Part shown: one piece after another, positions 9,472-19,375 of the stretch
Layout of the letters: each line of letters begins with the position of its first letter
Numbering within the stretch: the stretch's first letter is position 1
Source of the DNA: Myxococcales bacterium
Lineage (GTDB): Bacteria > Myxococcota_A > Polyangia > Polyangiales > JADJMO01
Assembly: GCA_016794445.1 (NCBI GenBank)
Contig: JAEUKC010000022.1
Span: 1,133 to 65,132, forward strand
Direction of reading: 5' to 3'
DNA length: 64,000 nt
The notes under the pieces: model-generated
Told to the model about the DNA's origin: nothing
The model's database searches: none
What the model saw: only the letters and a program-made list of their open reading frames with translations
Translations under genes and position numbers: made by a program

Positions 9472-10089
9472 GTGCTACCCCGAGGGGTGGCTCTCGCCCT
9501 CCTCGCCGACTACGCCGATCACCAGCAGGGGTGCGTCGAACGCGGCAAGAACCTCCACCTCGGCCAGCAGGCCGCCCCGGGCTGCGGACACTACGTGTCG
9601 GCGACGGGCTCGGGGTCGGGCGCGGACAAGCGCGATCAGGACGTGCTGTGGTCGTTCCAGTTCGGGGGCTCGTTCATGTCGCCACGCGACACCATCCCCT
9701 GGCAAGCGGGCCTCGGCGCGGGGCTCGGCGTGGCGCTCCTCGGCTCCACCTGGGAGCTCGGCATCCGCGGGCGCGGCGGCTACCACCCGCGCCCGACCGC
9801 CGATCGGACCCTCTTCGCGACGCTCTCGCCCTACTTCGGCTTGCGGATCGCGCTGACCCCGGAGACCACTCTGCGGCTCCTCGGCGGCGTCGGCGTGGGT
9901 TCGTTCTGGATCGCCGACCGTGGCCCCGAGGGCCGGCTCGACGTCGACGTCACGGCGCACATCGCCTCCACCACGGCCCCGCGCTCCCGCCTCTCGGTGG
10001 GGCCGCTCGTGCGTCTCGGTCGCAGCTTCTCGCTGATCAAGAAGGACCACGCGTGGACGCTCACCGCCGAGGTGGGGCTCACGCTCTAG
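9472..10089 (+). CDS. hypothetical protein (beta-rich)
   Basis: High-GC3 tail of track ORF 8833..10089, beginning after the stop of the previous gene. Start (GTG 9472) uncertain; no clear signal peptide. Confidence 0.4.
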   Translation: MLPRGVALALLADYADHQQGCVERGKNLHLGQQAAPGCGHYVSATGSGSGADKRDQDVLWSFQFGGSFMSPRDTIPWQAGLGAGLGVALLGSTWELGIRGRGGYHPRPTADRTLFATLSPYFGLRIALTPETTLRLLGGVGVGSFWIADRGPEGRLDVDVTAHIASTTAPRSRLSVGPLVRLGRSFSLIKKDHAWTLTAEVGLTL

Positions 10090-10128
10090 TCTTCCGGCCT
10101 GCGGCCGGGTCACGCGCCCATGGGGGCG

Positions 10129-11499
10129 CTACTTCGCGGTCTTCATGATCTCTTCGTAGACCTTGTCCGGTGCGACGCCGTCCTTCACGAGCTTCTCGGC
10201 CTCGGTGAGGCGCTCCTCGACGAACGACTTGAGCTTCGGGTAGGGCTGCGCCCCGACCAGCTTGCGCCCGTTCACGAACGAGCACGGCGTGCCGGTCACC
10301 GACAGCAGCGTGCCCATCGCGTGGTCGCGACCGAGCTCGGTGGTCCACTTGTTGGTGGCCACCGCCGCCATCGCCTTGGGTGCGTCGAGGCCGTTGGCCT
10401 TGGCGATCGCCTCGAGGTCCGGGTCGTCGAGGTGGGGCGAGGCGGCGAAGAGGGCGTGGTGCACGACGAAGAACGTGGGCGCCCCCTTCTGCATGAAGGC
10501 CTCCACGGCGAAGTGGGCGGCCGGCAGCGCGCGCTTGTGGAACGCGAGCGGCTCGTGCCGGAACGCGAGGCGCACCTTGGTGGGGAAGTCCTTGCGCAGC
10601 AGCACCAGCGCGTCGTCGAGCCGCTTGCAGAACGGGCACTGGTAGTCGCCGAAGGTGACGACCGTGACCAGGGCGTCCTTGGGGCCTTCGAGCGGCGCGC
10701 CGACCAGGCCGACCTTGTAGACGGTCTCGTCTTCGGCGGCCGCGCTCACGGACTTCTTGGTCGTGAAGAACTTCTCGCACAGCTTCTCGTAGATCTTGTC
10801 GGGCGCGACGGTGAGCTCCGCCGCCGCCTCCAGGTGGGCGTCGATCACCGAGGCGAACGAGGCCTCGCCCTGCGCGCCGGAGACTTCCTTGCCGTCGACG
10901 AAGCTGTTCGGCGTGCCGGTCACGCCGAGCTTCTTGCCGAGCTCGACGTCGGCGAGGACCCGCTCCTTGGCGCGGCGCCGGAGCTCGGCGGTGACCTCGT
11001 CGACGCCGAGCTCGGCCATCCACTTCTCGCGGTTCTCGTCGGTCAGGCTCGTCTGGTTGGCGAACACCTTCTGGACGAACTTGGCGTGCGCCTCGCTGCC
11101 CTTGGCCAGGAACACCATCTGCGCGGCCTCGGCGGTGGCCTGCGCCTCCTTGTGGAAGTCGAGCGGGAAGTCGTGCCAGACGATGCGGAGCTTGTCGCCG
11201 TACTTGGTGCGCAGGGCGGCGAAGGTGCCGTCGAGCCGCTTGCAGAACGGACACTGCAGATCGGAGAAGACGACGATGGTCACGAGGGCGGTGCGGGAGC
11301 CGATCTGCGGATCGGTGCTCTTGACCGGGATGGGCCCTCCCTGGGTCCACGCCTCGTCCGTGCTCTTCTTCTTCTTCTTGGGCTTCTCTTCCTCGTCGGC
11401 GGAGACGGCCGAGTCGTCGGTCCTCTTGCAGCCCCCCGGCGCCGCGAGAGCGAGCACACTGATCGCGATCAAGGTCCGGGGGCGCATGGTGGGTTTCAC
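10129..11499 (-). CDS. tandem DsbA/thioredoxin-fold lipoprotein (two CPFC active sites)
   Basis: Lipobox LALAAPGGC. Two repeats, each with a CPFC motif (FSDLQCPFCKRL and FGDYQCPFCKRL). Confidence 0.9.
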   Translation of the reverse strand: MKPTMRPRTLIAISVLALAAPGGCKRTDDSAVSADEEEKPKKKKKSTDEAWTQGGPIPVKSTDPQIGSRTALVTIVVFSDLQCPFCKRLDGTFAALRTKYGDKLRIVWHDFPLDFHKEAQATAEAAQMVFLAKGSEAHAKFVQKVFANQTSLTDENREKWMAELGVDEVTAELRRRAKERVLADVELGKKLGVTGTPNSFVDGKEVSGAQGEASFASVIDAHLEAAAELTVAPDKIYEKLCEKFFTTKKSVSAAAEDETVYKVGLVGAPLEGPKDALVTVVTFGDYQCPFCKRLDDALVLLRKDFPTKVRLAFRHEPLAFHKRALPAAHFAVEAFMQKGAPTFFVVHHALFAASPHLDDPDLEAIAKANGLDAPKAMAAVATNKWTTELGRDHAMGTLLSVTGTPCSFVNGRKLVGAQPYPKLKSFVEERLTEAEKLVKDGVAPDKVYEEIMKTAK

Positions 11500-11717
11500 T
11501 CCGGACAGGCCTGGAAATCAAGCCTGGCGCAGCGGTTCCGTGAAGCCGGCGTGAAGAAGTGTCAAGCCCACCGTTCGGGGGGTGACGGCGGCGGGCGCCT
11601 TCGTCATCCTCGTCGCGTGCCGTACCCGGGACTGTACCGCGACATGCTGGTGCTCTCGTTGATCGGATTGATCACGTCGGGCATCGTGTTCGTGTTCGTG
11701 CGCTAGAGGCCGCGCGC

Positions 11718-12266
11718 TCACCGCTGCGGGTGGGCCACGTGCGACAGCTTGCCCTCGCGCTCGAGTAGGAAGTAGCTCGGTGTGCCCACCTGGCGCGGGC
11801 CGAGGTCGACGTAGGTCCAACCGAGGAGCCGCTCGACGCTGCCCGCTTCGAGCGCGACGATCGGGTCGCGCAGCCGGCTCATCGGATCGAGCCGACCGTT
11901 GCCGCCGAGGCCGTAGTGGATGAGGAGGCCGGGCCCGCACGGCTGCGGCGTGCGACCGAGCGGCACCACGCGGTAGTGCCCGAACGTGTGGGGCAGGCCG
12001 TCCTTGCGGCGCAGCGGCACGCTCGGCGCATCGAGCCCCCGCTGCTCGATGCGCACGTTCCACCCTCGGAGCGCGCCCGTGGCCGGGTCGCGGTGGAAGG
12101 TCTTCTGGAAGGTCTTCCAGGAGAGGCGCTCGATCACGTTGGGCAACCCGAGGCTGATGCCGCGGTACTCGGTGTCGTCGAGCGCGGCCGCGTCGATGGC
12201 GTGCCCCTTGGCGAGGAGCTCGCCCAGCTCCTTGCGCCCCAGCTCGAGGATCGCGCTCCGTTCCAC
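11718..12266 (-). CDS. hypothetical protein
   Basis: 182-aa ORF with a coherent high-GC3 frame, directly downstream of purB on the same strand. No recognisable motif. Confidence 0.65.
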   Translation of the reverse strand: MERSAILELGRKELGELLAKGHAIDAAALDDTEYRGISLGLPNVIERLSWKTFQKTFHRDPATGALRGWNVRIEQRGLDAPSVPLRRKDGLPHTFGHYRVVPLGRTPQPCGPGLLIHYGLGGNGRLDPMSRLRDPIVALEAGSVERLLGWTYVDLGPRQVGTPSYFLLEREGKLSHVAHPQR

Positions 12267-12276
12267 CGCGCAGACT

Positions 12277-13572
<1,296 letters not shown>

Positions 13573-13724
13573 GGTCGCGGTCGGTACCCGGAAGGCCCCC
13601 GCTCGACAAGTCCGTGGCTCGCCACTAAGCTCCTCGACCCCCGTTCCCTATCCTCGGCAACCCTCGCACCGCCGCGTGCCGTCGGTACCGACCTCGGGAA
13701 ATCCCACGGGATCCGGAGTCCTCC

Positions 13725-14054
13725 ATGCGCCAAGTCCACCCGTATTACCCCGCCTGCACCATCACCTGCGCGTGCGGCGTCTCGTACCCGACCCGCAGCA
13801 CCCGCGGCGACTTCAGCGTCGACGTCTGCGGCCAGTGCCACCCGTTCTACACCGGCAAGCAGAAGCTGATGGACACCGCCGGCCGCGTCGACCGCTTCCG
13901 CAAGAAGTTCGGCGAGGGCAAGGCCGTGGTCAAGCCGGGCAAGGATCCCGCCGCCCAGGGCCAGAAGCTGCCCAAGAAGGCCAAGGAGAAGAAGGCCGCT
14001 CCGGCCGCTGCCGCCGCCGAGGCGCCCGCCGCCGAGCCGGTCGCCGAGGGCTGA
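13725..14054 (+). CDS. rpmE: 50S ribosomal protein L31 (Zn-ribbon type A) with Lys/Ala-rich C-terminal extension
   Basis: CACG...CGQCHPFYTGKQK core. About 40 extra C-terminal residues (KKAKEKKAAPAAAAAEAP...). Confidence 0.9.
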   Translation: MRQVHPYYPACTITCACGVSYPTRSTRGDFSVDVCGQCHPFYTGKQKLMDTAGRVDRFRKKFGEGKAVVKPGKDPAAQGQKLPKKAKEKKAAPAAAAAEAPAAEPVAEG

Positions 14055-14086
14055 GCTTCGCTGCGGGGCTCTTCGGAGTTCCAGGG

Positions 14087-14286
14087 GCCCCCGGGCTGAA
14101 GCCCGGGGCACCGACAAAGGCTGAAGCCCGGGGCATGAAACCCCGGGCTCGGCGCTTTTTGTGGCTGACGGACCAAACCGCTGCTCCACGGCGACGAGAC
14201 CTCCAGCCAGTGATTCGGAGCGTGGAGCCCGGGGTTCCAGGCCCCGGGCTTGCGGTGCGTCGGTGCCCCGGGCTTCAGCCCGGGGG
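14087..14286. repeat. cluster of four REP-like GC hairpins built on the GCCCGGGG/CCCCGGGC core, including a 28-bp perfect inverted repeat
   Basis: 14088-14115 (CCCCCGGGCTGAAGCCCGGGGCACCGAC) is the exact reverse complement of 14259-14286. Further hairpins lie at 14125-14149 and 14226-14250. Confidence 0.7.
14125..14160 (+). terminator. candidate intrinsic terminator downstream of rpmE
   Basis: 9-bp stem AGCCCGGGG / CCCCGGGCT with loop CATGAAA, followed 6 nt later by TTTTT. Confidence 0.5.
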
Positions 14287-14386
14287 AGGCTCTTTTGCCC
14301 CACGAGAAGCCCCCCACGCCGCCTCGGCATCTCACCGCCGTGCACCTCCCTCGCCCGTTCCCCCTCTCCACGCTAGGTTTCCGCGG

Positions 14387-15541
14387 ATGAGCGAAGAAGA
14401 GAACCGGCCCTACATCGGCGGCCAGGCCGTGCTCGAGGGCGTCATGATGCGCTCTCCCCACTCCTTCGCGATCGCGGTGCGCCGCGCCGACGGCTCGATC
14501 TCGATGAAGGAGCGCCCCTTCGAGCTCAAGGCCTCGTCCTGGTCGAAGATCCCGTTCCTGCGCGGCATGGCCACCCTCGTCGAGTCGCTCCGCCTCGGGA
14601 GCGAGGCGCTTCGGTTCTCCGCCGAGCTGTTCGAGAAGGACATGGAGGCCGCCGAGCAGGCCGAGGCCAAGCCCAAGGACGCGAAGAGCACCGCCAAGAA
14701 GGCCGCGCCGCTCAGCGTGTTCTCCGCGTTCGGTCTCGTGCTCGCGCAGGTGTTCGGCCGCGCCGACGGCGAGCCCAGCGGATCGAGCTCCGGCGAAGAA
14801 GAGGGCCGTCAGCCCAACACGATGGCGCTGATGACCATCGTGATGGTGGTCTTCATGGTGGCGCTCCCCCAGCTGCTCGCCTGGGGCACCTCCACGCTGT
14901 TCAAGATGCAGCTCGACGTGCGCAGCGCGAAGTTCCAGCTGCTCACGGGCGCGTTCAAGCTCATCGTGGTGCTCGGCTACCTCGCGATGATCCGCCGGGT
15001 GCCCGAGATCTACCGCGTGTTCCAGTATCACGGCGCCGAGCACAAGACGATCAGCACCTACGAGGCGCGTCAGGAGCTCGTGGTCGCCAACGCCAAGAAG
15101 CAGACCACGCTGCACCCGCGGTGCGGCACCACGTTCCTCATCATGACGGTGCTCGTGAGCATCGCCATCTGGACCGCCCTCGGCCCGCTCATGCCGCGCT
15201 TCGGCAGCAGCAAGGCGGTCGAGCAGATCACCTTCTTCTTGATGAAGCTGCCGTTCCTGCCCGTGCTCGCGGGCATCACCTTCGAGATCCAGCGCTTCAC
15301 CGCGCGCTACTGCCTCACCGGCCCGCTGCGCGCGCTCCTCTGGCCGGGGTTCCTCGTGCAGAAGATCACCACCATCGAGCCCGACGACGCCCAGCTGGAG
15401 ATCGCCCTCGCCTCCATGCGCGCGACGCTGTGGCGCGAGAAGGTGGGCCCCGAGACCAAGAAGCCCACGAGCGATTCCGAGGTGCTCGCGTTCCCGAGCT
15501 ACGAAGCGCTCCTCGAGACCCCGGAGCTCCGCGCCGCCTAG
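14387..15541 (+). CDS. DUF1385-domain membrane protein (commonly linked to rpmE/prfA)
   Basis: MSEEENRPYIGGQAVLEGVMMRSP... and QYHGAEHKTI motifs. Internal ATG of track ORF 13571..15541. Confidence 0.9.
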   Translation: MSEEENRPYIGGQAVLEGVMMRSPHSFAIAVRRADGSISMKERPFELKASSWSKIPFLRGMATLVESLRLGSEALRFSAELFEKDMEAAEQAEAKPKDAKSTAKKAAPLSVFSAFGLVLAQVFGRADGEPSGSSSGEEEGRQPNTMALMTIVMVVFMVALPQLLAWGTSTLFKMQLDVRSAKFQLLTGAFKLIVVLGYLAMIRRVPEIYRVFQYHGAEHKTISTYEARQELVVANAKKQTTLHPRCGTTFLIMTVLVSIAIWTALGPLMPRFGSSKAVEQITFFLMKLPFLPVLAGITFEIQRFTARYCLTGPLRALLWPGFLVQKITTIEPDDAQLEIALASMRATLWREKVGPETKKPTSDSEVLAFPSYEALLETPELRAA

Positions 15542-16068
15542 GTCGCGAGGGTGGCCTGGAGCTCGGTGCAGCGCGCCTGCAGCGCCTCGGCCCAGCGCTT
15601 GCGACGCGCGTCGTCGTCGGTCGCGCCGTAGAGGATCTCGGCGATCTCGTCGAAGCGCAGGCCGCGATCGAGGCAGAGGACCAGGAGGTGCTTGTCGTCG
15701 ACGGCGAGCGCGTCGAAGCCCGCCTTGGTGCGCGGGCCGCTGCGCGGCTGCGAAGACACCACCGGCTGCGAGTGCGGCTGGGCCTCGAGCGCCTGGACGT
15801 GGGCGAGGTGCGCGCGGCGCGCGAGGCCGAACAGCCAGGTGCGTAGGTTGAGCTTGTCGTGGTCGAGCTCGAGCAGCTCGGCCATCGCGCGCTCCTGCAC
15901 CTCACCGAACAAGGTTCGCGCGGTGTGCTCGTCGAGGAAGGCCTCGAGGAAGGCGAACACCTCGGTGCCGTGGGAGGCGAACAGGGTGGCGGCAGCGCGC
16001 GGCAGCTCCCCCCGCTTGCACAGGGCAGCAACGCTCAGCTCGCGGGGGGCAGCGCTCACCAGGTTCAT
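15538..16068 (-). CDS. ECF-type sigma-70 family factor
   Basis: Region-2-like NLRTWLFGLARR and region-4-like LLVLCLDRGLRFDEIAEIL. No adjacent anti-sigma gene seen. Confidence 0.7.
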   Translation of the reverse strand: MNLVSAAPRELSVAALCKRGELPRAAATLFASHGTEVFAFLEAFLDEHTARTLFGEVQERAMAELLELDHDKLNLRTWLFGLARRAHLAHVQALEAQPHSQPVVSSQPRSGPRTKAGFDALAVDDKHLLVLCLDRGLRFDEIAEILYGATDDDARRKRWAEALQARCTELQATLAT

Positions 16069-16152
16069 TCCTTCACCTCGGACGCTGGGTAGGTCCGGGT
16101 AGCAGGCTCGGCGTTACTTGCCACCCACCAGCGCCGCAAGCAGATTGCCTGG

Positions 16153-17139
16153 ATGCACCGCGGCAACTTCCCCTCTGGCTCGAGTGGCCTTGGTCGCTCC
16201 CGGTCCTCCGCTCCGGGTTGGTCACTCCTCGTCGCCCTCGCGGTGGGCTGCGGCGGATCGGCGACCGTGACCCCGGACACGGGTGGGGACGGCGCGACCG
16301 AGGCCGCGACCGACGCGCTCGTCCCGCCCGACCAGTTCGGCGGCGACCGGCCGGTGAGCGTGTTCCGTGTGCCGAACGGCTACGACCCGAAGAAGCCCGC
16401 GCCGCTGGTCGTCGTGCTGCACGGGTACGGCGCCGGGGGCTTCCTCCAGAACGCCTACTTCGGCCTGAGCACGCTCGCCGACGAGAAGAACTTCTTCCTC
16501 GTCGCGCCCGACGGCACCGTGGACTCGAAGAAGAACCGGTTCTGGAACGCGGTCGACACCTGCTGCGATTTCGACGGCAAGAAGCCCGACGACGTGAAGT
16601 ACGTCACCGGGCTCGTCGACGAGATCGCCACCTACTACGCGATCGACCGCAAGCGCGTGTACCTGCTCGGGCACTCCAACGGCGGGGCGATGTCGATGCG
16701 GCTCGCGTGCGACGTCCCGGAGAAGTTCGCCGCCGTCGTCGACCTCGCCGGGCCGTTCTGGTCCGACCCGGCCACGGCCTGCAAGCCGAAGACCCCGATC
16801 GCCTTCCGCCACATGCACGGCACCCTCGACGAGACGGTGCCCTACGCCGGGGGCGCGATCAGCGTGGGCGGGTTCTCGACCCCGAGCGCGCGCAAGATCG
16901 TCGACACGTTCGCCGCGCTGAACGGCTGCGCGGCGAGCCCGATCGAGGCGACCGCCGTCGACCTCGAGCGCTCGCTGGCCGGCGCCGAGACCAAGGTGCT
17001 GCGCTTTCCCTCGTGCAAGGGTGGTGCGGACGTCGAGCTGTTCTCGATCGAGGGCGGCAGCCACATCCCCAAGGACTTCGACCCGGCCGCGCTCCCGCGG
17101 TCGATCTGGGCCTTCTTCGAGGCCCACCCGCGGCCCTGA
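16153..17139 (+). CDS. secreted esterase lipoprotein, PHB-depolymerase/LpqC (CE1-like) family
   Basis: Lipobox LVALAVGC. VVVLHGYG, nucleophile motif LLGHSNGG. Start position uncertain. Confidence 0.8.
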   Translation: MHRGNFPSGSSGLGRSRSSAPGWSLLVALAVGCGGSATVTPDTGGDGATEAATDALVPPDQFGGDRPVSVFRVPNGYDPKKPAPLVVVLHGYGAGGFLQNAYFGLSTLADEKNFFLVAPDGTVDSKKNRFWNAVDTCCDFDGKKPDDVKYVTGLVDEIATYYAIDRKRVYLLGHSNGGAMSMRLACDVPEKFAAVVDLAGPFWSDPATACKPKTPIAFRHMHGTLDETVPYAGGAISVGGFSTPSARKIVDTFAALNGCAASPIEATAVDLERSLAGAETKVLRFPSCKGGADVELFSIEGGSHIPKDFDPAALPRSIWAFFEAHPRP

Positions 17140-17169
17140 CCGCGGCCATGCTAGGACGCCGGCCCGCCG

Positions 17170-18291
17170 ATGCTCCCGCTCGACAAGCTCGCCTCGCTCG
17201 CCCGCCGCTATCGCGAGCTCGAAGACATGCTCTGCCGCGCGGAGATCGTCGCCGATCGCCAGCAGTTCCAGCGCCTCTCCAAGGAGCGCAGCGAGCTCGA
17301 GCCGATCACCGCGGCCTACCAGCGCCTCCTCGAGCTCGAGAAGAAGATCGCCGACGACGAGGCCGCGCTGCAGGACCCGGAGCTTCGCGAGCTCGCCCAG
17401 ATGGAGCTGCCCGAGCTGCACGCCGAGCAGACCACCCTCGAGGCCGACATCCAGCTCCTCCTGCTGCCGCGCGACCCGAACGACGACAAGAACGTCATCC
17501 TCGAGATCCGTGGTGGCGAGGGCGGTGAGGAGGCGTGCCTGTTCGCGGCCGACCTCTTCAAGATGTACGCAAAATACGCCGAGAACCGGGGCTGGAAGCT
17601 CGAGGTCATGAGCCTCAGCGAGGCCTCGGCCGGCGGCTACAAGGAGGTCGTCGCCATGGTGAGCGGCCGCCAGGGCCAGCCCGGCGTCTACTCGGCGCTG
17701 CGCTTCGAGGGCGGCGTCCATCGCGTCCAGCGCGTGCCGGCGACCGAGGCCCAGGGCCGCATCCACACCTCCACCGCCACCGTGGCCGTGCTGCCCGAAG
17801 CCGAGGAGGTCGACGTCCACATCGACGAGGCGAAGGACCTCGAGATCAGCATCGCCGCGTCGGGCGGGCCCGGCGGTCAGGGCGTGAACACCACCAACAG
17901 CGCCGTCCAGATCCTGCACAAACCGAGCGGGATCATCGTCAAGTGCCAGGACGAGCGCTCGCAGATCAAGAACAAGGCGAAGGCCCTCAAGGTGCTGCGC
18001 TCCCGATTGTTCGACATCGAGCGCGAGAAGCAGGACGCGGCCACCGCGGCCGAGCGGCGCGGCATGGTCAGCACCGGCGAGCGGTCGATGAAGGTCCGCA
18101 CCTACAACTACCCGCAGAACCGCGTCACCGACCACCGCATCAAGCTCACCCTCAACAAGCTCGAGCGCATCGTCGCCGGCGACCTCGACGAGATCGTGTC
18201 CGCCCTCCAGTCCTACCGCCAGGCCGAGCTGCTCCACGCGGCCGGCCTCGGCGACGGCCCGAAGCGGGCCGGCGAAGCCGACGACGACTGA
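17170..18291 (+). CDS. prfA: peptide chain release factor 1
   Basis: PAT tripeptide (RVPATE), GGQ motif ([12 protein letters not shown]), full-length RF1-like sequence. Confidence 0.95.
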   Translation: MLPLDKLASLARRYRELEDMLCRAEIVADRQQFQRLSKERSELEPITAAYQRLLELEKKIADDEAALQDPELRELAQMELPELHAEQTTLEADIQLLLLPRDPNDDKNVILEIRGGEGGEEACLFAADLFKMYAKYAENRGWKLEVMSLSEASAGGYKEVVAMVSGRQGQPGVYSALRFEGGVHRVQRVPATEAQGRIHTSTATVAVLPEAEEVDVHIDEAKDLEISIAASGGPGGQGVNTTNSAVQILHKPSGIIVKCQDERSQIKNKAKALKVLRSRLFDIEREKQDAATAAERRGMVSTGERSMKVRTYNYPQNRVTDHRIKLTLNKLERIVAGDLDEIVSALQSYRQAELLHAAGLGDGPKRAGEADDD

Positions 18292-18398
18292 TCCGGCCCC
18301 CGTGGCGGCCGGAGGTCGATCCAGCCTGTTCCGAGGCACCCGGGTTGTGGTGTAGGCTCGCCGCGGGTCTTCCTCACCGACTCCTCAAGAGGTGCTTC

Positions 18399-19367
18399 AT
18401 GCTTCGCCTTCGCCCGTTCGGCCTGCCGTTCGCCTCCGTGCTCGCCCTCACCCTGCTCGCCGGGCCCGTGCTCGCCGACGACAAGAAGGCCGAGAAGAAG
18501 GACGACAAGGGCGACGCCGCCGACAAGAAGGACGACGGCAAGAAGGACGACGGCAAGAAGGGCGACAAGGACGACGACGACGACGACGACAAGCCCAAGA
18601 AGAAGAAGAAGGCCGCGGCGGCCGAGGAGCCGGCCAAGCCCGAGCTCCCGCCGAACGACCCGACCGAGGACCCGTCGAAGACCTACTACTTCCTCGGCGC
18701 GCGCTACCAGTACGCGATCCTCCCGAAATACCTGCTGTCGCTGTTCGTCGCGGGCGGCCCCACCACGGTCGGCGTCTGGCAGACCGGCATCGAGGGCGGC
18801 ATGCGCAAGGAGGGCTTCGAGACCCGCTTCGCGCTGACCTACGCCGACGTCTCCACCTCGGAGCCGTTCGGGTTCAAGGGCAAGAACGAGGACCCGAACG
18901 CCTGGGAGCTCGTGAAGTCCGACCTCAAGATGATCAACGCGGTCGTCGACTTCATGTGGAGCACGCCGTTCAGCAAGTACGTGTCGTTCGAGTACGGCAT
19001 GACCGTCGGCCTCTCGGTCGTGATGGGCGACCTCGCGCGCGTGCAGGCCAAGAGCAAGGACGGACGGCCCGGCGAGACCGACCCGAAGAACCTCGAGCCC
19101 TGCTCGGGGCCGCAGGCGGGCAGCTACTACTGCGACAACAGCAACACCCACTACCCGGGCGACCCGGCCAACCCGAACGACACCAAGAACTGGTACAAGG
19201 AGTCGTCCTGGTTCAATGGCGGTAGCAAGCCGAACCTCTATGCGCGCTTCGGGCCCGCGCTCGGCTTCCGCTTCAAGCCGGTGAAGCAGTTCGTGGGCCG
19301 CGTCGACCTCGGGTACGACCTCTTCATGGGCTTCTTCTTCGGCGTCGCAGCCAACTACGGGTTCTGA
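18399..19367 (+). CDS. secreted protein with Asp/Lys low-complexity linker and OMP-like C-terminus
   Basis: Signal peptide MLRLRPFGLPFASVLALTLLAGPVLA. DDKKAEKKDDKG...DDDDDDDKPKKKKK linker. Ends ...GVAANYGF. Confidence 0.7.
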   Translation: MLRLRPFGLPFASVLALTLLAGPVLADDKKAEKKDDKGDAADKKDDGKKDDGKKGDKDDDDDDDKPKKKKKAAAAEEPAKPELPPNDPTEDPSKTYYFLGARYQYAILPKYLLSLFVAGGPTTVGVWQTGIEGGMRKEGFETRFALTYADVSTSEPFGFKGKNEDPNAWELVKSDLKMINAVVDFMWSTPFSKYVSFEYGMTVGLSVVMGDLARVQAKSKDGRPGETDPKNLEPCSGPQAGSYYCDNSNTHYPGDPANPNDTKNWYKESSWFNGGSKPNLYARFGPALGFRFKPVKQFVGRVDLGYDLFMGFFFGVAANYGF

Positions 19368-19375
19368 GCCCCTCG

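Noticed and set aside
11583-11706. Two tiny ORFs downstream of the tandem DsbA-like gene: VTAAGAFVILVACRTRDCTATCWCSR and MLVLSLIGLITSGIVFVFVR
   Set aside because: They are hydrophobic and tempting, but they overlap each other in different frames, lack ribosome-binding sites and have atypical codon usage. There is not enough support without conservation data.
14087-14286. CRISPR array interpretation of the hairpin cluster (and of the 12-nt repeats at 36.7 kb)
   Set aside because: The repeats are too short and too few, they are arranged as inverted rather than direct repeats without unique spacers of regular length, and no cas genes are present in the window.
16222-18339. 705-aa minus-strand ORF
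   Set aside because: It is antisense to the esterase gene and prfA and has no recognisable motifs.
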